Source: a virus
Lineage: Duplodnaviria; Heunggongvirae; Uroviricota; Caudoviricetes
IMG/VR virus record: IMGVR_UViG_2703718837_000001
Direction: 5' to 3' (one strand)
Length of the DNA stretch: 49,704 nt
Shown: one piece after another, positions 7,906 through 17,488 of the stretch
Layout of the letters: each line of letters opens with the position of its first letter
Numbering within the stretch: position 1 is the stretch's first letter
The notes under the pieces: model-generated
Databases searched by the model: none
What the model saw: the letters and a program-made list of their open reading frames with translations, nothing else
Told to the model about the DNA's origin: nothing
Program-made: the position numbers and the translations under genes

Positions 7906-9123
7906 ATGCCAACTGAATATGCTCGCGACAACCTTGGTCGCTATCAGACTGATGGATTAAGTGCAAAAGACTTTAACAAGGTCTTCGATCTTATCCGTAA
8001 ACAGCAGCGTCAGAATCGGCGAAACGCGCGACGTACACTCACCCCAAGGATTATGGGGATGCGTAACCGCGAACTTGAGGCATTCCTCAGCCTTGGGAAA
8101 AAGAAAGATGGCACCTACTTTACGCCCGAAGATATACGCAGTTTCAACACCTCAAGGCAGGCTCATAAAACAAAATTCAAGAGCACTGTACCCGGCATTA
8201 CCTATGCTCAGCTGGTGGCGCAATCCACCAGCATTGATATAAAACGCGCTAACAACAAAGTTTCTGATGGCACAGGGATCAAAGCCGCGACATTTCTCGG
8301 GCTAAAACACAACCTTGCATTGATATCTGTTAATGCCTCGGATGAGTCGGTCCACCAGCATCACCGTGTCAGAATTCGATTTGAGGAATGGGATAAAGCC
8401 GTTGAGGATATTGCTGAAGACGGTGCGAAAAAAGCCCGAATAGCTGCCGAACTTTGCAAGGGTCGGGTATCTTTCGACTGTGATTGTGGACGCCATCAAT
8501 ACTGGTACCGCTATATGGCCACAGCTGGTAACTATGCCGTCGCGCCGCCCAAAGAGTATGCATTCCCCAAAGTCCGCAATCCTGATCTGACTGGTGTGGC
8601 CTGCAAACATGTATTGCACGCTATGACGCGTTTTCAGTCTCCCACATGGCACAAGGCCATCATTATTGCCCTGGAAAAAGCAGCTGAACAGGTGGCCTTC
8701 GGCGATGACAAGCGGAAGACAACAACCTATTTCAAAGGCGAACTGGCTAAATCGCTCGCGCGCAACCGGACAACAACGACGGATCAGGCTAAAGCGGCGC
8801 GTGAGTATGAGCTGTATCTGAAATCTCAGGATGCATTAGGCAAAAAACTACGCGCCAAAGATAGCGCCACGGACAACGTTCGCCGGTTGTTAAAAAAAGC
8901 TCGCACCACGGCAAACAGGAAGAATGCCGAACTAAAAGCATCGCGGGTGAGGGAAGCCCAAGCTCGCGCTGAAGCCGACGCTCTCAAAAAAGCCCTGCAA
9001 ACGCAGGCGAACAACCTCATAAAGTTTTTCATGAGCCAGGGAATGGACAAGGCCGCTGCCACCGCGCAGGCGCGAAGCATTCTTGAGACACAAATTAATG
9101 AAGCCCGTAAACGGAAAGGATAA
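7906..9123 (+). CDS. SWIM zinc-finger protein with a basic coiled-coil C-terminus (position of P1 gene 25)
   Basis: 405 aa. CDCGRHQYW...N29...CKHVLH fits CxCxnCxH (SWIM). The C-terminal 120 aa are Lys/Arg/Ala-rich helix. Confidence 0.7.
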   Translation: MPTEYARDNLGRYQTDGLSAKDFNKVFDLIRKQQRQNRRNARRTLTPRIMGMRNRELEAFLSLGKKKDGTYFTPEDIRSFNTSRQAHKTKFKSTVPGITYAQLVAQSTSIDIKRANNKVSDGTGIKAATFLGLKHNLALISVNASDESVHQHHRVRIRFEEWDKAVEDIAEDGAKKARIAAELCKGRVSFDCDCGRHQYWYRYMATAGNYAVAPPKEYAFPKVRNPDLTGVACKHVLHAMTRFQSPTWHKAIIIALEKAAEQVAFGDDKRKTTTYFKGELAKSLARNRTTTTDQAKAAREYELYLKSQDALGKKLRAKDSATDNVRRLLKKARTTANRKNAELKASRVREAQARAEADALKKALQTQANNLIKFFMSQGMDKAAATAQARSILETQINEARKRKG

Positions 9124-12270
<3,147 letters not shown>

Positions 12271-12374
12271 CCAAATTTAAATCTATGAATTACACTAAAG
12301 CAGTATCCACATCAAAAATATATGATTTTTGGGATACAAGTGATAACATTGTTGGGCGTATAGAGGAGCACAAT

Positions 12375-12677
12375 ATGACTAATTATCATTGCATGCCAGA
12401 CCTCAGCCCGGAAGAGATTCGTAAGATCTCTGAAGCAGCCGTGGCGAGTGTCGCTGCAAAAAAAATAGTCACTAACAGCAAGCATATAACTAAAAGTGCA
12501 TCTTTAGCTGGAAAAGTGATGGCTAAACAGGCAAACGTTATCAAGAAACTGTCTGGCACAGGTTCTTCTGCCATTAAAATTAATAAAGCATTTACGGACA
12601 GTGTACTTACGCAAAGCAAAAGTCGAAAATATTTTCAAGAAGCTTTCATACAAGTTCGTAAAACCATCAAGGTTTGA
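12375..12677 (+). CDS. Small protein of unknown function (cargo island)
   Basis: The ORF track gives 12285..12677, but the internal ATG at 12375 has a strong RBS (agaggag, 7 nt upstream). About 100 aa, Lys/Ser/Ala-rich, low GC. Followed by a strong terminator. Confidence 0.5.
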   Translation: MTNYHCMPDLSPEEIRKISEAAVASVAAKKIVTNSKHITKSASLAGKVMAKQANVIKKLSGTGSSAIKINKAFTDSVLTQSKSRKYFQEAFIQVRKTIKV

Positions 12678-12700
12678 TGCTTTCATAAAACATGATTAAT

Positions 12701-12723
12701 GCCCCTTATCGGGGCTTTTTTTT
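12701..12723 (+). terminator. Rho-independent terminator
   Basis: GCCCC-ttatc-GGGGC followed by T8. Confidence 0.85.
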
Positions 12724-12735
12724 GTTTGGTGCGCA

Positions 12736-13437
12736 ATGATTGAACAGCAAAAGCAATGGGTGTTTACTGAATTAGTAAAAGACCCCAATAACATCGAGCA
12801 ACTAATTTCATACACGATTTACAAAGGTTTCAAAAATGAAATAGCCGATAATGCTCGTAAGATGGGCAAGACTGAAGATGAGATCAATGAGGAGTTAGCA
12901 AAATATCACAACTATTGCATTAGTTCTCAAAAGCAATTAGATGTTTTTAGAGATAAAGCTAAAAACACTCTTGACGCTTATATTTTCACCGCTAACCATA
13001 ACATGATGAAACGGTTTAATGCGGAAATTATTAAAATAAAAAACAACTATGATAAAGAACTTGAACTAGCGCAAAAAAAGTTAAAAATTGCCGAAAAAAA
13101 AGCATTAAATAAGCTGTCCAAAGGTGCGGTTCTCTACAGCCAAAAAATTAAAGAGCCAGAGCATCTCTGGGATAAAATCCTTGATTTATTGTGGAGACTT
13201 ATGAAGTTTCTGTTCTCTGGCGTACCTAAACTTTTTGCTACTGCATTTTCTGTTGGTCTAATGTTCACAATTTATACAGCTTTCGACGAAGATGCCACGA
13301 CAGGTTTGAGAAAAGGGCTATATAAAATTGTTGATATGACTGTACCAGGAAAAGATATTCACGAAACCACAGATAATATAACCAATAGTGGCACAGAAAA
13401 AATGTCATCTTCAAATTCCCAAGCGCAGCAAGGATAG
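12736..13437 (+). CDS. Coiled-coil protein with a C-terminal membrane anchor (cargo island; unknown function)
   Basis: 233 aa. The N-terminal 150 aa are helical and Lys/Glu-rich. Hydrophobic stretch LWRLMKFLFSGVPKLFATAFSVGLMFTIYTAF (1-2 TM), then a polar tail. Low GC, weak RBS. Confidence 0.55.
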   Translation: MIEQQKQWVFTELVKDPNNIEQLISYTIYKGFKNEIADNARKMGKTEDEINEELAKYHNYCISSQKQLDVFRDKAKNTLDAYIFTANHNMMKRFNAEIIKIKNNYDKELELAQKKLKIAEKKALNKLSKGAVLYSQKIKEPEHLWDKILDLLWRLMKFLFSGVPKLFATAFSVGLMFTIYTAFDEDATTGLRKGLYKIVDMTVPGKDIHETTDNITNSGTEKMSSSNSQAQQG

Positions 13438-13443
13438 GTGATG

Positions 13444-13872
13444 TTATAAGCCGCGCAGTGATTTCGGCGCGGCAAACGTCTCAATCATCTTTTCCGCGAT
13501 TGCCGACCAGGTGTGACACTGGACCTTTTCAGCATTTTTCACGCGATCAACGCGAGCAATAACCTCATCCCAATCAATCCGCGACTTGATAACCATATGG
13601 TTCACCAAATCCAGGCGATCCGGCGGAAGGCAATCGGGCGGCGTTAATATCAACGCTCCACACATTGCCGCCTCAAGAACAGTTAATCCAAGGCTTTCGG
13701 GATGCGTAACGATAAAAACGTCACTCTTACGCAATTCAGCTGCAAATTCGGTTGCTGGTACCGGCGTCCGTCTGTATGGGGTTACCGATATATTCCCCGG
13801 ATCAATGGTAATCAATCCGTCATCGGTCAACGTTCTGGCCTCATACGGAACGGTCAGACTCTGAAGGTTCAT
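13444..13872 (-). pseudogene. 3' remnant of a GT-B (GT1/GT4-type) glycosyltransferase gene
   Basis: The 142-aa ORF contains only the C-terminal donor-binding region (VFIVTHPESLGLTVLEAAMCGALILTP). The same frame stays open upstream with no start, through the tRNA fragment to about 14072, so the gene is truncated at a recombination junction. Confidence 0.6.
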
Positions 13873-13998
13873 AAGGATACTTAAGGAGTGATCAAAACCA
13901 CTAACATCAAATGCAGCGTGGTCTACAAAAATACGCAGAACATCGTCTGTTTTGGTTTCATCGACGCATGTGCCATACGCCGTACAACTACCAAATAA

Positions 13999-14044
13999 GG
14001 TGTCCCCTACCGGGCTTGAACCGGTGGCTGTGCGATTATGATCC
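13999..14044 (-). tRNA. Truncated tRNA: 3' part only (anticodon-loop region with CAT, T-arm, acceptor 3' strand)
   Basis: Minus strand reads ...GATCATAATCGCACAGCC-ACCGG-TTCAAGC-CCGGT-AGGGGAC-A-CC: canonical T-arm (5-bp stem, TTCAAGC loop) and acceptor strand. No complementary GTCCCCT 5' strand or D-arm upstream, and anticodon-stem pairing fails. P1 carries tRNA genes in this region as I recall. Confidence 0.5.
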
Positions 14045-14168
14045 CTTTGAAAAATAAATGCAGATCTAATAGGTTGTGTTATTTACTCATTGGCACAGAT
14101 TGCCATTACTTATCTAGTTTTAGCCATTTTTACCGCACTTCATCGCTACTAGCCTATGTTTCTTTATG

Positions 14169-15104
14169 TTAGAATGGTACATTGTCATCCATCTCAAAGT
14201 CTGGGGGTGCAACAGATATTCGATGAATTTCATTTCTTTCCATATCCATCATTTGATCCTCCTGCTCCCCATCATCGTACCACGATGAAGTGTCTACCTC
14301 TAAAGCTTCAGATATGACTTCAAATGTTTCAGGAGAGTCTAAGTGAGAAGCCATGTGCAACGTGAACGGATAACTTTCTTCTAGGCTAACCCCATCATTC
14401 CTAGAACCATATTCTTGAGTAACATAGACAGTACCGGAAGCATATATATTGATGTACTCATCATCAATCGACGTGATTCCAAATTCTTCGACTTCAGTGT
14501 AATCTACATACGCATGATTCGCGATAGTCACTAGGTTTTCAGGCATAGAGCTTACCGCCGTGTCAATAACTGCATTTCTAATTTTATCTTCGAGAGTACG
14601 AATTAATTCATCTCTACAAATATGTATACCATTTAGTATTTCTGTAGCGATCTGCAGTATTTGTTTGGCCTTCAGGAAGAACTCTTGAGGTGATGGATGC
14701 ATATATTTCTCTGTTATATGCGTATATTTATTTAAGAAGAAATAAAGCTTAAGCATCTCATCTATTCTTTCATTCGACTCCTCCAGGAACTCTTCCCCCA
14801 AGTACGCATCTGAAATTTTAGCTTGAGAACAGTATTTTAAACGCTGTCTTCTAGATATTTCGTAATGTTCATGTTCTCTCTTATACCACGATGCTTGTAA
14901 TAATTTATCATTCGGAGATTTTTTCTCGATAATATGCTTTATTAGCTCGCGAATTGAAAATGCAAAGTTATGAAAACGTAATGGGTTGCCATGTGATGCA
15001 TAATTTCGCAAACAAGCTGTGAATAATTCTTTTTCAAAATCAGCTTCGAGGTGACTCATAAAATCATTCACAAAATCAAGAGATTGTAGTTTTTTAAGCT
15101 TCAT
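14169..15104 (-). CDS. Orphan 311-aa protein: helical N-domain, beta-rich middle, hyper-acidic linker and an SSB-C-terminal-tip-like end (..PPDFEMDDNVPF)
   Basis: Single long ORF in a very AT-rich segment. The C-terminus is compared from memory with the E. coli SSB tail ..EPPMDFDDDIPF. RNYASH (aa 33-38) resembles an Rx4H motif. No other family recognised. Confidence 0.7.
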   Translation of the reverse strand: MKLKKLQSLDFVNDFMSHLEADFEKELFTACLRNYASHGNPLRFHNFAFSIRELIKHIIEKKSPNDKLLQASWYKREHEHYEISRRQRLKYCSQAKISDAYLGEEFLEESNERIDEMLKLYFFLNKYTHITEKYMHPSPQEFFLKAKQILQIATEILNGIHICRDELIRTLEDKIRNAVIDTAVSSMPENLVTIANHAYVDYTEVEEFGITSIDDEYINIYASGTVYVTQEYGSRNDGVSLEESYPFTLHMASHLDSPETFEVISEALEVDTSSWYDDGEQEDQMMDMERNEIHRISVAPPDFEMDDNVPF

Positions 15105-15927
15105 CGTGTAACCTTATATTCCTGTCTCAGATTTAATATCGGATTCAACCGAATCCTCTTCTTCTAAATTTTAAAGTCGTGTAACATTACAAAATATTCA
15201 AGGTTAAATTGAACATATATCATTGTTATTTAGATGTAAGTATATCTGAGCACTCGTTACAATACCAGAATATTACCATCATTCATCATAAAGTAACTAG
15301 CGAAGGTGTGGCGGAAACGTAAGTAAGTTGTTCTCCAGGTAATTCAATACCTGTTCTTTCTAAATAGCTGCGCGGAATAGTGATCTACTTTCGTCCGCCC
15401 TTGCAGGGCGAGACATTAGGTCGGCGTCCCCTACCTGACCGTGCTGCATCAGGCTTGAGTGTGTTGCCCATATGCAACATACCACACATCAGTAAACGGC
15501 AAGTGTAGTAGTATTAGGCGCAGAAATTTAGTACAGCCCAGAATGCGCCGTAACAATCAATAAACCACTACACCCGCGCCCTGGCTGCAATTCGGTAACA
15601 GGGGATCCCCCCTAGCTTCCAGCGTGATTAGCGCCTTCAGCATGACGGAATATACCCGTAAATACGAGGAACTCTACCCAAAGGCTGTTAAGAACCGGCT
15701 GTTACGCTGAATGAAAAAGGACGTAACAGGTAAGGACGCTGACCAGAAGATGGCCCCTTCTCGTTCATCTGGTTAATCAAACCAGCGCCCTTGCCTGTTA
15801 TGCCTCCTCGTTCCCTAATACACAGACGGGGACAACCCCGTGGTGTCAGGCTTCTTAGGCCGCAACCATCATCAGATCATCGTTTGCATTTACTTTAATG
15901 GTCAGTTTGTGACTGCTCCCCGCCCTG

Positions 15928-17221
15928 TCGGGCGAGGCTTCCCACTTCTCAGGCCACTACCGTCTGTGCGACGGATTTACGCTGGCCTCCATGGGCGGAG
16001 ACGACGAGTCCCGCCGCCTGTAGTTCCAGTATTCCTTTTTGCCGGATGTTGAGTGCCGCATTGATATCGCGGTCGTGCTCTGCTCCACATTCAGGGCATC
16101 GCCAGATGCGTTTATGAAGCGGCATTTCCGGCATTTTGTAACCACAACAATAGCAGGCTTTCGAACTGGCAAACCACTGGTCGAGTTTTACTAGGTGAAC
16201 GCCTTTTTCCGCTGCCTTGTACTCCAGCTTTGTGATGAAGCTATGCCAGCCTGCATCACCTATCGCTCTTGCCAGATTGTGGTTTTTCATCATGTTGGCT
16301 GTTTTCAGCGTCTCGACAATTACCGCTTGGTTTTCGTCAACAATTGCACGAGAGAGCTTGTGTTGAAAATCAGCACGGGCATTAGCCACCCGTTCGTGTA
16401 ACGCTGCCAGACGGATTGTGGCCTTTTTACGATTCGCGCTTCCCTTTTGCTTGCGGGATAAGGCTTTTTGTTTGCGTCGCAGATTACGGCTGGCATTGAT
16501 GAGATGGCGGGGATTTGCAATTTTTACCCCATCAGACTTGATGGCAAAGTGCGATAATCCCATATCTAGGCCAGTAACTGTTGATATCAACGTGGGTTTT
16601 GCCGGAGCTTCCATGCCATCATCACAGAGAATTGAAGCATAGTATTTCCCCGTTGCTGAACAGGTGATAGTGATGCTTTTCAGCTTTCCATGAAGTTCAC
16701 GGTGAAGGCGTGCTTCTATTAGGGACAGTTTTGGGATTTTGATGGCATTATCCAGCACCTTAATCCCGACACAGTGATAGCTCGATTGTTTTCCGTGTTT
16801 ACGTTTAAACGTCGGGAACCGCGCTTTCAGCTTCGGATTAAAAAAGTTGGAAAATGCCACATCAAGATTAATTACCGCCTGTTGCAACGCAATAGAATCA
16901 TATTCTTTAAGCCATCCATACCTGCGGGATTTCTTTGCCACTGCAAGCAGCGGTTTCAGATCGTTACGCGGACTTAAATTTACTCCATGTCGCTGGTAAG
17001 CATGTTTTTTGATGTGAAGAGCTTTGTTGTACGCAAAGCGCACTGCACCGAACTGGGCATTGAGGTACTCTGCCTGTTCTGGTGTCGGGTAAATGCGTAC
17101 TTTTGTTGCTCTTAACATAGTCACCGCTCATTGATACAGGCTTTTTATGCTAACACCGTAATGATTTTTTTAAAGCCCTGTTGGCTTTTCGCCTTATATA
17201 CCCGCCCGCATTAGGCGAGGG
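15928..17221 (-). mobile_element. Minimal IS200/IS605-type (IS1341-like, tnpB-only) element bounded by similar imperfect palindromes; true ends uncertain
   Basis: ccccgccc-tgtc-gggcgagg (15928-15947, just past the tnpB stop) and acccgccc-gcatta-ggcgaggg (17200-17221, upstream of tnpB) share CCGCCC-N4-6-GGCGAGG in the same orientation. A third copy lies at 15394-15413. Confidence 0.45.
15949..17124 (-). CDS. tnpB: TnpB (IS200/IS605-family OrfB, RNA-guided RuvC nuclease), apparently intact
   Basis: 391 aa. N-terminal KVRIYPTPEQ...FGAVRFAYN (OrfB_IS605 helix), RuvC-I GLDMG, RuvC-II VIVETL, zinc ribbon CYCCG...CPECG, RuvC-III HDRDINAALNI. No adjacent tnpA. Confidence 0.9.
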   Translation of the reverse strand: MTMLRATKVRIYPTPEQAEYLNAQFGAVRFAYNKALHIKKHAYQRHGVNLSPRNDLKPLLAVAKKSRRYGWLKEYDSIALQQAVINLDVAFSNFFNPKLKARFPTFKRKHGKQSSYHCVGIKVLDNAIKIPKLSLIEARLHRELHGKLKSITITCSATGKYYASILCDDGMEAPAKPTLISTVTGLDMGLSHFAIKSDGVKIANPRHLINASRNLRRKQKALSRKQKGSANRKKATIRLAALHERVANARADFQHKLSRAIVDENQAVIVETLKTANMMKNHNLARAIGDAGWHSFITKLEYKAAEKGVHLVKLDQWFASSKACYCCGYKMPEMPLHKRIWRCPECGAEHDRDINAALNIRQKGILELQAAGLVVSAHGGQRKSVAQTVVA

Positions 17222-17273
17222 TTTACGGCGTTTTTCGCTAAACCGCCGCAAAGTCGCTAACCATGACGAAACC

Positions 17274-17302
17274 TCTGAAAAAAATGCCCACCCGAAGATG
17301 GG
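17274..17302 (-). terminator. Rho-independent terminator downstream of dmt
   Basis: Minus strand reads GCCCA-tcttcggg-TGGGC followed by T7. Confidence 0.7.
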
Positions 17303-17488
17303 CAAACTGGATGGAAGCTCGTTACGCACTTCGGAGTTGCCTCTTAGGCGCATGGTCAACCTGGCAACTCGGTGGTTTGTCTGGGAGGACTAGGCCCAGC
17401 CATGCTTACCGCCGCGCCTGTCGCGGCTAACAGCTAAATCGCTCTAAAAATCACGATTCATTGATTCGATATTACACTAATAAATTTA

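Noticed and set aside
14991-15008. RNYASH (aa 33-38 of the 311-aa protein) as a HEPN RNase active site
   Set aside because: The motif fits R-N-x3-H, but it lies only about 30 residues from the N-terminus. A HEPN fold normally places it in the last helix after about 80-100 residues. A single short motif is insufficient, so it is mentioned only as a possibility.
15426-15435. The 10-nt GTCCCCTACC shared with the tRNA fragment (14002-14011), read as attL/attR direct repeats bracketing the 311-aa gene
   Set aside because: This is attractive, because the repeat is the tRNA acceptor end and brackets the orphan gene. However, a 10-mer repeat within 1.5 kb is expected by chance many times in a 50-kb window, the flanks do not extend the match convincingly (12/13 at best), and no integrase is present. 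It is kept only as a weak hint.
15571-15711. Open frame ending ..MTEYTRKYEELYPKAVKNRLLR* as a remnant of tnpA or another gene
   Set aside because: It has no similarity to Y1 transposase motifs (HUH, catalytic Tyr) as I remember them. It is very short and has no RBS. The region is treated as non-coding.
17125-17488. Intact tRNA genes (P1 trnA/trnT) between dmt and tnpB
   Set aside because: I scanned both strands for T-loop (GTTCRANYC) and acceptor pairing and found none. The hairpins present are a terminator and IS-end-type palindromes.
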